This document shows, in pieces, positions 47,354-61,614 of a stretch of 64,000 nucleotides of DNA. Source of the stretch: Octopus sinensis (taxonomy: Eukaryota); assembly GCF_006345805.1 (NCBI RefSeq), contig NC_043008.1, positions 69,192,001-69,256,000 on the forward strand. Direction: 5' to 3'. The notes under the pieces were generated by a model. It was not told the origin of the DNA. It made no database searches and worked only from the letters and a program-made list of their open reading frames with translations. Within the stretch, counting starts at the first letter, position 1. Each line of letters starts with the position of its first letter. Position numbers and translations under genes: made by a program.

Positions 47354-47863
47354 TATTATTATACATACATACATTCATACATGCATACTTCAGTCAATTG
47401 TCCTCTTGTATAACATGCAATTTATTTTTCTGTCTATTTCTGGGATTGCATCAGCATTTCTAATGTATTTTAGCCGTATCCAGGTTATTATTGTTCTTGT
47501 TATTGTTGTTGCTGTTAGTGGCCTTTTATTGTTTTTGTTATTATTGTCGATTGGTCCACAGTTGAATTCTGATTGACCAGTTCTACGACCAATCACGTTC
47601 AAGCGCATCTTTTGATTCTGTCGTCGCGTATTGCATCGATTACGGACAACCAGAAAAAAACTCATAGATACAGCTTTTCCCTCCAGAACTGGACTCTGTC
47701 ACCCAAGGGAACGTTAGAGGTTTATAGGGGTTACAGGAAGCGTTGGAAGGCAAAGGATGGTGTAAGGATGGTGTTGGAGTAAAGGGTAGAGAATAGAAAT
47801 GACTAATGCCTAATAATCTTAATCTTCTTTGTAAGCAAATATTAACATAATTTTATTAAATGG

Positions 47864-47926
<63 letters not shown>

Positions 47927-47949
47927 TGCTGCTGCTGCTGCTGTTGTTG

Positions 47950-48150
47950 TTAAGCAAGAAGACGGGTAAGGGTGATTAGGTGATTGTGTAGGGCTTAGGA
48001 GCGGGAGACCCCAGACCTTGGAAAAAAAAACTTTGGTCGTCTTGTTGTAGTCAAGAGCTCTTCGTTGACGCCCGACACCACTGGGAGGTAGCCTTCGAAG
48101 TCGCTGGAAATGGAGATCTCCAGGTCCAAATTCTTGAACGGCTGCTGCTA
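47950..48150 (-). pseudogene. Possible Tx1-type endonuclease fragment
   Basis: NLDLEISISSDFEGYLPVV loosely resembles the Tx1 endonuclease D.EGRL.V segment. Confidence 0.3.
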
Positions 48151-48179
48151 CTGCTGCTACTACTACAACTACTAATGTT

Positions 48180-48361
48180 TTCAAATTTTGGCACAAGGCC
48201 AGAATTTTTTGGGGCAGGGCGGGTTAATTCGATTACATCAACCCCAGTGTTCAACTGGTACTTATTTTATCCACCCAGAAAGGATGGAGGGCAAAGTCAG
48301 AACTTAAACACACCGCTAAGCATTATGACCAGCGTGCTAAAGATCCTGTCCGTTCGCCGCC

Positions 48362-48365
<4 letters not shown>
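48180..48365 (-). mobile_element. tRNA-derived SINE (10350 family)
   Basis: tcgattacatcaaccccagtgttcaactggtacttatttta...gaaaggatgga...accgctaagcatt. Confidence 0.75.
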
Positions 48366-48422
<57 letters not shown>

Positions 48423-48499
48423 CAACGTTTTCTCTATTTGGCTATAAATGGCCGAACAAATATCATAAAGGACAATAAAAACATAAGGTGCAGCTAAAA

Positions 48500-48720
48500 A
48501 CAAGTCTAATGAATATAACACATCAACAGTAAGCAATAAAATTCAAACAATAAAAATTCCCAAACGGGAGGAGCTCCAACCAGGGGCATCCAAAGAACTC
48601 CACGCATCCTAATCACTCCAATCATCAATGATAGCCCAAGTAGCCACAACCTCACTACATTCACCCATCGTTCAACAAAGGTACTAGAGGCAACATTTCC
48701 CTCTCCACCGTCTTTTCTTT
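48500..48720 (-). pseudogene. Tx1-like LINE 3' end
   Basis: SSTFVERWVNVVRL followed by a T-rich 3'UTR. Confidence 0.45.
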
Positions 48721-48859
48721 CTTTTCTTTTCTTTGTTTCATATATATTTAGTTCCACTGCGTGGGACTGAACCCGAGATCATGCGTTTGGAATGTAAACT
48801 TCTTACCCCACAACCACGCTGGTGCCTATATAGCCATACCAGAAATTTAATAATATATT

Positions 48860-49345
48860 TACATAGCTGAATGGTAAGAAGCTTACTTCTCAAACATGTC
48901 ATTTTGTGTTCATTCCCTCGGCTCGGCATATTGTGCAAGTGTTTTTCACTATAGCCTGGGCCGACCAAAGCTTCGTGAGTGAATTTAGAAGATAGAAACT
49001 AAAAGAAGCCCGTCGTATATGTATCGATGTATGTATGTATGTATGTATGTATGTATGTATGTGTGTGTATGTATATGTATGTATATGTGCATGTGTGCCG
49101 TATATGCATGCATGTATGCATGCATGTGTATATGAGCGCTTGTGTGCGTGTCTTCCTGTTTGTGTTAAAAGCTCCACCACGGCATGACAGCAGGTTTTGG
49201 CTGTTTAGGTATCCGTACTGTAGTGAGCCGGCAAAATTGGCTGGTTGTGTAAGCACCAGGCTTAAATATGAATACTGAGGTTGATTTATTCGACTAAACC
49301 CTTCAAGATGGTGTCCTGCCATGTCCAGAGACTGAAACAAGTAAC
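48860..49345 (+). mobile_element. tRNA-derived SINE with an internal (TATG)n/(TG)n tract
   Basis: ggtaagaagcttac...ctatagcctgggccgaccaaagc...aaactaaaagaagcccgtcgtata...gactgaaacaagtaa. Confidence 0.8.
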
Positions 49346-49929
49346 AATTAAAATGTAAAGAACCAAAGAAGAAACGTCAAGAGAATAGTGTCGAGTATTT
49401 ATGATATGACTCTATTCCATCACCTATAAATAAGCTGCTACTAATGTGCCGGATATTTTTTTTAGTGGTGTATCTATTTATTCTTAACGCGTTTCAGTAA
49501 ATCCGAAGATGAATATATTAATCTCCGTTATGTTTCGTTTTCAGAGAACACCCTTTCCCTTTAGACAATATGTGTTCACAATACACTCGATATTTTGACG
49601 TAGGAGACATTGATGCACCGTGGTATTTCGATCTGATGGTGTTTCTGCGATTAATATATTCAACGATTAATATATTCATGTTGGACTCTCTCGGAACGAA
49701 CTAAGAATGAATAGGGAGATCATTATTTTGATTCTCGCTATTGTGCATGTACGTGATTGTTTTTCCAGTGATCTACCAAAAATTGATAATTACAAGAATA
49801 GCAGAAAAATATCAATACTGGCAAGACAAAACCTTATCTTATTTTGAGACATTTTGAGACCAATTTTGCTATCAGTCGACGTTGTCAATTATCGTCTCAA
49901 AAAATGCAAGAATACGATGGGTTATAGGC

Positions 49930-50700
49930 CCTTTAAAAATTTAACTGGTTATCAAATCCTTAAAGCTTAAAATTATTGGCAAAGAATCGATCCTGCTTGA
50001 TATTAGTGAGGTTCTACGTACTGTGATGCACAAACCATCGACTATTATAACCAATAACATTCCTCCAAGCAATAACATAATACAGAGATGAATTGACGAA
50101 ATGAGTAAACGATATAGAAGACATAATTTTTTTGTAAACTGCCGAATTTTTGTTACGGCTCGATTTATCAACCATGCCAGTGAATGAAGCTCTGCTATTA
50201 GGCTAAGAAGAATAGAAAATAACCCAAGAGTTATTATTGGCCAGATATTTGGTAATAGATTCTGTAGAGGAGTCGATATTTCTTCTTGTTGAAGGGCTAT
50301 TATTTTTTTCAAAATGAAAGGGGTTTCGTTTTACAAAGGGAATAACAGCTGGCAGTGATGGAGTTCTGTTGATTATGTGTTGCTACCGTGAATTCATTGG
50401 ACATAAAAAAAATCTTTGCCGATGTATTGACATTGCGTTGGATGATTTATGGGCTAATATCTAGTTACAAAAAAAAACCCTTAGTGATCACATGCATTGC
50501 TCATTACATAATTTCATTACAGTAATTAACAAAATCACAAGCAACTACCTCGAGGGGAAATTTTTCGGGGCGTTGCACGAAGAAAACAATGGAAAATTTA
50601 ATCGTCTTCTATTCTATTCTGCGCTGGATACTGAAGGGCAACTGAAACACTTTTATAACGATACTCAAGGTGTTTCCAGAGAGTCCTTTCAAAGGAAGAT
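49930..50700 (+). pseudogene. hAT (Charlie/Buster, ZBED5/SCAND3-like) transposase relic
   Basis: IIGKESILLDISEVLRTVM...IPPSNNIIQR*IDEMS, AGSDGVL and LSDHMHCSLHNFITVINKI...LHEENNGKFNRLL match PHTIGE.LI..A / IPLSNNTV.RRI.EM / TDGA / LS..LH.SL..VI..VNKI...F.RLL. Confidence 0.8.
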
Positions 50701-50729
50701 GCTTTTCTGTGAGACAAAATAGACAAGTT

Positions 50730-51090
50730 TAAAAGTGGCACACATTTCATACCAGTTATGCACCGCGTATGTCAAACACACACTTTAAAATGTCAATGAC
50801 GCATTTACTATACCACTGAGACATCTTGTATGTCAACGGCATACTTTATATGTCAATGATACATTTACATGTCAATGGTAGACCTTATATTCCACTTGCA
50901 GCCTTTATGGATCTGTCACATACCTCATATCAACGACACAGCTTATATGGTAGAGTCATACTTTCTATGCCATGACACATTTTGTATGTGAATGACACAA
51001 CTTACATGTCAGTGATATACCTTATATACGTGTTATATATCAATATTGCACCTTATATGTCATTGACACACTTTATATTTGAATGACATA
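50730..51090. repeat. Degenerate minisatellite, about 20 bp (tatatgtcaatgacacactt)
   Basis: Repeated atgtcaatgac/atgtcaacggc/atgtgaatgac/atgtcattgac units. Confidence 0.75.
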
Positions 51091-52339
51091 GTTAATGTCT
51101 AGAGTAAAAAATCATGCATATCACTAAATTTCTAGTGAACCGGCTCCAACAACGAACTAAAACAGATCAGGTAACATCCATATAAAATTTATCGTATATA
51201 ATGATTAGAGAAAATAAAACCAGTTATCCAGACCTAGCCTCTAACCGGACATTGAAAGAACCTTCAACAACGAGGCTTACAATCGGAGTTAAGTTTTATC
51301 CATTGCAGCGTAATTCTAGACATAGAGAATATTACCACTTTCTGAGTCTGGTCGTATTCTTGAATAGCCACCTCTCAGAAATACATGATGATGATGTTTA
51401 CGTTCACTACAATTATTTGGGGGCTTTATAAAAATATTTCACCGAATGATTTGAAGGTATTTTCCACGTGAAGGATCCAGTTCATATCTTGGATCTAATT
51501 TCCCATTCGTACCGAATAGGAACACAATCACAAAAAGAACCGATTGAATTAAAAGCCAGTGAAAAATTTGATTTATGAATGGGTAGTTTCATTTCTAGTT
51601 ACAGTATCAAATTACAAATCTTTATCCTGAATTATGGGCCCTCGTGGAAAATATCCTCAGTCGTGTTCTCTTAGCATCGAATTTACCGCTGTTAGAGACG
51701 TCCTGGCGAAAAAGAGAAACCAAAACGTGCTGCTTACTGATATATAGTCAAATTTAAAAAGAATGGACCACATCATGTTCATCATTCACATTAATATATC
51801 CACTAATTTCAAATACTTTTCTACAATTGTATTCTTCTTAAACAATGAATGACATCAAACAATTTATTAAAATTTAATTTTTGGTTAAACTACCTTACAC
51901 GGATTGTCGATAAAATATATTCTTTAAAATGAAGTACGTAAAACACATTCCGATATAATCGCATGAGATATAAAACTACAATATACAATGTACTTTACAC
52001 ACACAAACACACATATATAGATGTATATGTGTGTATGTATGTTTTTGCTTTTCGTTGCCTAAACTCTGAGGAATCGCCCTTTTCTTAGAAGATTTTCGAT
52101 CGACCACACTTATGATCAGAGATGTTCACGTCGTGGCCATCCTGTTTATTTTTATTTGGGCATAGTCTATCCGTAGTACATTATACAATGTGCTTCTCTA
52201 TATTTGAACGTAGGGTTTGCTCTCGACACAATCTGGTCAACTAGATTTTAGGTCTTTCGATGGAATTTATGGTTCCTTTACTCATGACGTGGTCAGATAG
52301 AGACAGGAGGAACATCGTTGTAAATCATAAAGTGACGTT

Positions 52340-52673
52340 GCATCTTTTAGATTGTCCACTTCGTCGTCGACGTCGTCGTCACCGTCATCTTCATCATCAT
52401 CATAATCAGTATCACTACCACTATCAATTATAAATGCAATCATCGTCGTCGTCTTCCTCCTTCCTTACCTTTTCTTTTTCCTCCTCCTATTCCTCCTCCT
52501 CCTCCTTCTCCTCCTCCTCTTTCTCACCATGTTCCTCCGAATGTACGCTCTCGTTATCATTAGCGTCAACAATATTATCGTCATTAACATCATAATTATC
52601 GCTATCATCATCGTAATGGTAGCTTTCTTGACATACAGAGAATGGTAATGATGGTGATAATGATGATGATAAC

Positions 52674-52721
<48 letters not shown>

Positions 52722-52884
52722 AACGATGATGATGATGATGATGATGATGATGCTGATAATCATCACCATCATGATCAACGCCATTATCACCACAACGATA
52801 AGTTTTCAATGTTGCCATCGTTGCCGCGGTCAACATGATCACCATCGTCGTCGTCGTCGTCGTTGTCACCATCATAATCATCAT

Positions 52885-52920
<36 letters not shown>

Positions 52921-52930
52921 TAGGCATAGC
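52340..52930. repeat. Compound (CGT)/(CAT)/(CCT)/(GAT)/(CAG) triplet tract
   Basis: Directly visible. Confidence 0.9.
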
Positions 52931-53096
52931 AGTCATCATTTATTCATCTATCTATTTATTTATTGAGCTGATTTATCAAAGTTGATTGCTGTACTCCCCC
53001 ATTCTAAAACCAAAAACAAAAAAAAAACAAAAAATAATAGCAAATAAAATTTAAAAAAATAAACAACAAAATAATAGAAACAACTAGGCCTTTCTG

Positions 53097-53130
<34 letters not shown>

Positions 53131-53419
53131 GATGTTTCTTAAAGAAATTGTTTATTAAAATAGAAACGTTAATTTGAAATCGAAATTTTAAATAGCAAGA
53201 GAAAAAAATCCGAAAGATCAATATGTGTAAGAAAGAAAGAATGTGTATTGCGGTGCTTAATGGAATTAGGTTAATGGTTCCGGTTTGTCTGTGACGAATG
53301 ATCGTAGAATTTATTGCAAAACCTGCAGACATTTCCAGGGGAACTGTTGCCGTTTAAAAGGAATACAGAGAAAAGAAATTACATCGGATTGATTGCCAGC
53401 AATTAACCATTTTCTAGTT

Positions 53420-53473
<54 letters not shown>

Positions 53474-53754
53474 TTGATGGTGGTGGTGGTGGTGGTGGTA
53501 ATAGTAGTAGTAGTAGTGGTAGTAGTAGTAGTATTAGTATTAGTAGTAGTAGTAGTTGTGGTAGTAGTAGTAGTAATTATGGAAGTAGTAGATCTAGAAG
53601 TAGTTGTAGTGGTCGTTGCTGTTGTTGTTGTTACTGTTGTAGTACTTTATTTTGTTTGTTTTTAAAGATGGAATGTAAGAAGAAAACATTGGTTCTGCAA
53701 AATATATAGGTAGGCATTAGTGACAGCCGCAGTGGTGACAGCAACAACAACCAT

Positions 53755-53930
53755 GGAAGCGCAATGGCCCAGTAGTTAGAGCAGCGGACTCGCGTTCGTA
53801 AGAACGCGGTTTCGATTCCCAGACCGGGCATTGTGAGTGTTTATTGAGCGTGGGGTGGTGGTGAACCCGGCTGTACTCTTTCACCACAACTTTCTCTCAC
53901 TCTTTCTTCCTACTTCTGCCACAAAGCAGA
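53755..53930 (+). mobile_element. tRNA-derived SINE head
   Basis: TGGCCCAGTAGTTAGAGC (A-box-like) and GTTTCGATTCC (B-box-like). Confidence 0.7.
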
Positions 53931-54713
53931 GGAACCATGCTTTAACCCTCTATGGTGTGGTAAACGTTCAGACCCTAGTCTAGATTGCGAATCTTCTGTA
54001 CCTCGGGATGGTTCAGTTCTCCACCTGTTAAAAGCTACCGTTTACGGAATGAGGATAACAATGTAGCTTTCACGCCCGTGCAACAGCCAGTCTATCGCGT
54101 GTGGTGGGTGGATCTTCAAGTTGCCACACGTATTTTTAGTAGCTTAGAGCAGACTCGAATTAAAGATTATTCTTCGTGGCTAATGGCGTGAGTCCTGATT
54201 GGAAGAAGAAGAAGAAGAAAAAGAAGAAGAAGAAGAAGAAGAAGAAGAAGAAGAAGAAGAAGAAGAAGAAGAAGAAGAAGAAGAAGAAGACAAAGACCAC
54301 ATCGACAAGTGTAACTACAAAGAGTAATAAAACCAACAACAGCATCATCAATTAGAATAATTTTTTCTAATTTTCGCGTAAGACCAACAATTTTGAGAAG
54401 ATGGGGGGAAGTCATTTGCATCGACTCCAGTGTTCAAGTGGTGTTTATCTTTTTTTACTCCGGACAAACGAAAGATAAAATCGACCTCGGCAGTATTTGA
54501 ACAGAGAATATAAAAAGCCGGCAGATTGCCGCTGTATATTGTGGGTCACGGATCTCATCTCAGATCGACGAGACCCTCAAATGGTACAATATAAGCCAGT
54601 ATTACCTATTTCATGATCAAGTGATTGGTGACTAAGCCTCCAGCTCACTTGAGTAGCTTTCTACTCTTGTAAGGGGGGTGCCTGGACACCCAACAAGAGT
54701 AAAAGCAAAACCC

Positions 54714-54892
54714 GTGGAAGGCCGGATTAACTGCTTTTGGGCCAACGGCAATCCAATTGGAAAAGGCAATGGCAACCTGCCCTCATTATCTCTATCGAGT
54801 AAATACTATGAGATAAATCAGAACGACGTTCCGCTATGGCTTCAACCAATGGGAGGACTTTCATTTAATCGGGAAGACTTTCGTTGAACTCT

Positions 54893-54925
<33 letters not shown>

Positions 54926-55485
54926 GAGGGCATTATACATACATGCCAGAGGGCATTATACATACATGCCACACGCTAAGAGGGACAATTAGTCATTTCT
55001 ACCAAAAATATTACTAATCCCACCGAATGCAATTTTTCAAAGTAAGACATTTAAAAAATATAGACCTGTATCACAGTGATTTCATACTTACGTATTCATC
55101 AGCAGGCCTGGATGTATCATACATAAACGACCCTGCCTCGCTTAAGCCGATCAGCTAACTGATCAACATCAACGAAGCACATGGGTGAGTTTACATATAT
55201 TACATCCGGTAAATGGCAGACTATATATAAGAGTTCAAGATTCAAGTGCCTAACTCACTAGTTAGTACGCTAGACAACGATCGTCTTAGTCGTCACACAT
55301 TGTACTCTTTACAGCGCGTTGACGATACAACGAAAGCCTTCCCGATTAAATGAAAGTCCTCCCATTGGTTGAAGCCATAGCGGAACGTCGTAGTATTTAC
55401 TCGATAGAGATAATGAGGGCAGGTTGCCATTGCCTTTTCCAATTGGATTGCCGTTGGCCCACAAGCAGTTCATCCAGCCTTCCAC
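54714..55485. repeat. Inverted repeat: arms 54714-54886 and 55328-55485, 441-bp spacer
   Basis: Arms align with 4 mismatches and one 15-nt indel. Confidence 0.92.
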
Positions 55486-55584
55486 AATGTATGTATGTAT
55501 GTATGTATGTATGTATGTATGTATGTATGTATGTATGTATGTATGTATGTATGTATGTATGTATGTATGTATATGTATGTATGC

Positions 55585-55649
<65 letters not shown>

Positions 55650-55659
55650 CTTGAACCTC

Positions 55660-55939
55660 GGGTCGACCAATGACTTGTGAGTGGATTAGACGGAAACTGA
55701 AAGACGCCTGTCGTATTTATGTATGTGTGTGTATATGTTTGTGTTTCTGTGTTTGTCCCCCTAACATCGCTTGACCACCGATGCTGGTGTGTTTACGTCC
55801 CCGTAACTTAGCGGTTCGGCGAAAGGGACCGATAGAATAAGTACTAGTCTTACAAAGAATAAGTCCTGGGGTCGATTTGTTCGACTAAAGGCGGTGCTCC
55901 AGCGTGGCCATAGTCAAATGATGAAACAAGAGTAGAAGA

Positions 55940-55940
<1 letters not shown>
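55660..55940 (+). mobile_element. tRNA-derived SINE body and 3' end (further copies at 56430-56640 plus strand and 57115-57420 minus strand)
   Basis: cttagcggttcggcg...gaccgatagaataagtactag...ggggtcgatttgttcgactaaaggcggtgctccagc. Confidence 0.85.
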
Positions 55941-56012
<72 letters not shown>

Positions 56013-56768
56013 ATATATCTTAGCAAGTTTTTTAAAAATATGTACTGAGGTCGACTCGTTCGACTAACTTTCTTCAAGACCGTGCCCCAGTGTGGGCTCA
56101 GTCTAATGACTGGAACCAGTAAACATCGAAGATATATACGGGGTGGGACAAAAGTCACTCACAAAATAAGTTCAATATGCTTCGGAATTGTCAAATTACT
56201 TCAGTTCTCCTAAAGTTGAATAAATATAAAAACAATAATGAAGATTACACACGTACTTGTATATGATGAAAAAAATGATTATTAATAATACTAACAGTGT
56301 CAAAGGTTTTGGTGCATGATATATATATATGTATAGACACACACACATATCGTTGCCATTATGGTAAACTGCCGTATGTCCAAATTTGGCCAAATGAGGT
56401 TTTTTTTCAACATTTATGTTTGTTTGCAATAGCCATGTGTCTGCATTTGTCCCTCAGCTTTCCTTGACAACCGATGTTGGTGTGTCTACGTCCTCGTAAC
56501 TTACCGGTTCAGCAAAGGTTCTGATAGAATAAGCACTATGCTTGCAAAGAATAACTTCTGGAGTCGATTTGTTCGACTAAAGGCGATGCTCCACCATGGC
56601 CGCAGTCAAATGACTGAAACCAGTAAAACAAAAGGATAAAAGAATATATATATATATAATCAAAATAAACAACAAATCACCTTATTTTGAAATTGTATGG
56701 ATAATACTGTACTAAATTCTGGTGCCTCAACTTAAGTACCATATTCATCTGAATATCTCTCTCTCTCT

Positions 56769-56824
<56 letters not shown>

Positions 56825-57472
56825 GATTTCGTTGAATTGCCTACTTAAATTGAGTCATCTTGTTAGGTCGGTATATTCCGTACACCCAAGCAATATTAAT
56901 TGAATAAAGAATGTCAAAACTCTTTACAAGAGTGTTTGGATCTGATATTCCTGCCTTGCGTGCAGACAACGCACTCTAGTTGAGTGCCGCTCTTGGTTGT
57001 GCAAAGATGTATTTTATATGAAAATCCTTCCTAAGCATTTCCGAAGTGCAAATTCCAAGGTAGATGAATATAATATAAATGAGTAACGAAGATGTACAGG
57101 GATCATATATATTACTTTTTTTTACTTGTTTTAGTTATCGGACTGTGACCATGCTGGGGCACTGCCTTGAAGTGTTTGGTCGACTGATCAATCCAGTACG
57201 TATTACTGGTACTTATTTTATCTGTAATGTATGTCGAACCGCCAGGCTGTGGGGACGTTAACCAATACCAGTTGTTAAGCGGTGGTGAGGAAGAAACACA
57301 GACATAGTTGCATACACAGCAAGAAAACGCACCCCACCACACACAATATACACGACGAGTGTCTAAGTTTTTGACTACGTACCAAGTCGACTCACATGTC
57401 TATGGTAGGCTTGGGCTGTAAAACAAAAACACTAGCCCACGTGAATACAGTAGTAATGAACCTGGAATGTAT

Positions 57473-57572
<100 letters not shown>

Positions 57573-58316
57573 ATTTAAACACTCACATATATATATATAG
57601 ACATACGCTTACAAACACATACATATATAGATGCATATAAATATATGTTTTTATCCACATATGTATGAATGTATGCTTATATGCTACTCTTCTCTTTTGT
57701 GATCAGTATTGGTGATTTCCTTTTCAAATTTCATATGTTTGAGTGATTCGACTTCAAATCTCATTCATATCTCGGTTTGTGACATCGTGCTCTTACTCAT
57801 TGTTATGGTTAGGAGCATCACCGAAATGTTACTGTTTTGTATCTATGACTAGTTAATGTTGGACATTTAGTCAAGAAATATTTCTCTGAAGAAGATATCT
57901 GCTTTTGTCAACATTTACACTACTGTCAGGTCTTTAGAGTGGAAATTTATTTGTGCCCCTGTATTGCTAAATAACCTTGGCCGTTTGCATTAGCCACGGG
58001 TTCGATGGAACTGCCGAACTTTTGGAGAGGTGTCATGTGACCTATACACTTAGATATTGACGGTCTGTCAACCAATAACCTATTTGAAGTCAATTCGAAA
58101 ATCAATCATCCTCGTTTCCTCCACTCCTTCGTCTGCACTAAAATAACAATTTCGTGTTGACTTTAAGCAACATCTTACAAAAGGTAGGAACTAAATAAAT
58201 ACAAACACACACAAAACAAGAAACGGCAATACTATAAAACATTTCACAGCAGTAACGAACACTAATAATCACCATTCCAACAACGACACCACTATCAGTA
58301 CCCCCCACCACCTATG

Positions 58317-58406
<90 letters not shown>

Positions 58407-61400
58407 GTAATAATTTTAGCTATACCACCGTCACTATCAGAAACAATAAGAAGCCGAAGGAAGTACTAATGTAATTATATATCGATGAATCTTGAAGAAA
58501 TATTGGTTGTCAAATAAATAAACAATTTGACATGTATTAATTTGCTTGGTTTGAAAAATGAGAACCAAATATCATGAACTTTTTGAATTAACCTAAAGAA
58601 TTTCGGGAAGAAGAGTGAAGAATCTAAACCATAAAGGTCGGCCCCACACCCCTTTACAGTTAGAGACAAATTCCTTCATAGCCTCTCTCTCTCTCTCTCT
58701 TTCTTTTTTACAATTTTATAGCTTAAAGTGTGGCGAATAACGTTGAGAAGATTTATAAAAGGAAGACAGTTTTGAGAAATCCAGTGAAGTTTAATTATAT
58801 TTTTTTAGCTGTTGGATATATTTTCGAATTAATTAAAACTGGTTTGCTTGGGATTTGTGTTGCGGTTGTCTTCACCATTTATTCACAGTTTAACACTGAA
58901 CTAGCTGGCCACTGATCAGAAGTACGCCAGCCTTGACCACCATCCACTAGTTTTATACGACTTAGTATACACTACATTATCCAATACCATAATTGTTTTG
59001 TAGGTATCATTTTGTGGTTTGAGGAAGATTTGACTGTTATTTTTAGCAGGTCATCCAGCCACATACATGCTCCTTCATCAGCTCGCTTTTGTTGTTGTCG
59101 TTGTTGCTCTTGTTTCTGATAATCTGCTTGAAAGTTGCCTTTGTTGGATGTTGCTATTGTCGTTATTAAACACTACAGTGATATAAACACATTTTATATC
59201 AAATATACACTCCAAGCTTATCTTGGTTAGAGGTGGAGGGGGCAGTCATTCATTGATTAAAAATAAAAACCGATAAAAATAGATTTTGTCATCGATTTCG
59301 TTCCATAAGATAGCGGTTGTTTGGAGCAAAGCAATATAGCCGAATGGCTAATAATTTAATTTCGTAATCAGGAAATACCGTGATCGAATCTCACTGTTAA
59401 ATTTAGGATATATACTTCTTTCTTATCTATATAATTGGATCGACCCCCACGATATAATTTAAGAAATTTACTAACATAGTAAGAGTTGATCACGGGGATC
59501 TTGAAATTGCGAAACGAACCATTCGGCCTATATTCTGCGACTGGTTCATCTTTGCTTTTACTTTAAACAATTATCATCTTAACTATGGAACGAAATCGAT
59601 GACACAATCTATAATCGATACATTATCATATCATTTGTTTGACACTTGACTAAAAATTATATTATATGTATAAACTCATACATATACATACAGGCACACG
59701 CACACATACACATGCATGCTTGCCGGAGAATGTTATTGTCATAGAATCCGCAACAAAGACGAACAGTTATTGCACTTTGCTCTCTGGAATTGTGGATTCA
59801 AGTTCAGTCATAAGAATAGAGAACACTTTTTCTTTCTCTTGTTGGTACATAAGTACAGCAAGTGGCATTATTCACCCCTCTGTTTGTTTCTACTTACAGC
59901 TAGTTGAGCTATCACTTTTGTGGTACGTATATACCGACTGGCGGTGCCTGCATACAGCTATGTATAATATATTGCCTCTCGTACATACTTACCGATAGAG
60001 GATATAACACTTTGGTGGTACCTAGTGACAACTTGGTAAACTGCACCATCTCGTGGTACCTACTAAGCAAAATTGGACTATACTACTGTGTGGTACTTAT
60101 ATTCAGTTAATCCATTTTAAAGTTAATGTATTGCTCACAGATACAATATAGTGCCAGTGAAAGCTTTTGAACTTGCGACCACCGCCGCTTAACTGGTTGT
60201 TCATTAGGGCAATCTGCTCTATCAAAGGAAAAATGGGGGAAAATAAACAATGAACGCAAAAATATGAAAATAATGAATAATCTATATTCTTTAAATGCGT
60301 GTCTCACTCAGGCTGCTGTGCGCGGTGAGATGGCACATCTATTGGCGTCCGCTGTTGATGCATTTATATTTCTTCGGGCAATACGGCGACAAATATAAGG
60401 TGAGACCTTCAACAGGGTCACATATCTGGACCGTTCGTCGCCACTAAATGATATATCCAAGTTGTTTTCTACAACTAACTAGCAGTGAGGTTACTTCTTT
60501 CAACTAGATGGCACTTTTGGATTAATCGTCGTCAACTAACTGGCATTTATGATGTGGTTTCGTGTAGTAGACGTCACATTCTGTTGCTGTCTTCATCTGG
60601 AAAAAAAAAATCTCATTTGTTTATAACAACCTGGTTGATGATACAATAACTACATTTAACAATTTAACGTTTCGTGAATAGAGGTGTCTGTCATTGGACT
60701 ACTAACTTCAGTCTTTTCAAAATAATGTATGAATTTGGCTTTCCTATCTTTCTTGATAGCGGTTTTAGTGGATTAAATTAAGTAGGTAGCTAGCATTAAT
60801 GCGAACCGAAATTGGGACGCAATCGCAAGGAGTCTTGTTGTACCATTACGTTTGTACCGTAACGATAAATGTCCTTAGTTCTTTATATGGCATACATGTA
60901 GCAGAGAGGAGTGAATTAAACAAACAGGAGAATACTAAATGTGCTTTTGTCACGGATATAACGAAGTGTTGGTTACTGAAAACAAACAGATAAACAGCCA
61001 ACGGTTTGAGTTATTAAGCTGTGAAAAGATAACAGCACAACCATCTGTCACCCGCAACACGTATAAAAACGGCAGACTAAAATACAACCTTTGATTTGTT
61101 CACACACATCAATTAACAATATTCTGTTTATTTCTTTTTTTTTAATGTAAAACATACACGCCTATCCTTTGATTTTTATTTTTTTGTATTTTTTAACCCA
61201 AAAATCTCAGGCAAAAAATCTGCATTACGAAGAGGCTAAAGCCACACCCTGTAAACAAAAGCAAAATAACTAATTTTTTTTTTCTCTTTTCGTATATTTA
61301 AGTAATACTTCAACATAAAATGAAGGAACATATATCAGTATTGATAGCACTTTTTGTTTTCCGTTCGACAATACATTTATATATACGGCTTGATTTATCT

Positions 61401-61614
61401 GGTTCATTGTAATTTCTACAACAGATGGTTCATGGTGTGGACATTGGAAAATCAGTGACACTATGTGTTATTTCGCTTACCTGGCTATTGATTGATTATC
61501 AGCGATATCAATAACTGATTGTACAATGTAATAAATATTTCTCTTTCATCTTTACTGTTAAACATATCGCTGAAATGTGTCGGCTGAAATGTGTGGGTTA
61601 AGAAGTGATTAGCA

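Noticed and set aside
49941-50312. 123-aa hydrophobic minus-strand ORF as a membrane protein
   Set aside because: It is antisense to a recognisable hAT transposase relic.
54714-54790. HDV-like ribozyme in RTE-like 5' sequence
   Set aside because: I could not assign P1/P3/P1.1 pairings by eye; it would need a descriptor search.
56137-56420. Second Tc1/mariner end (TACGGGGTGGGACAAAAG)
   Set aside because: No matching opposite terminal repeat or clear transposase was found, so it is too weak to annotate.
57795-57835. GGT...ACC-GAAA-TGTT as a hammerhead relic
   Set aside because: The core upstream is too degenerate and there is no stem I.
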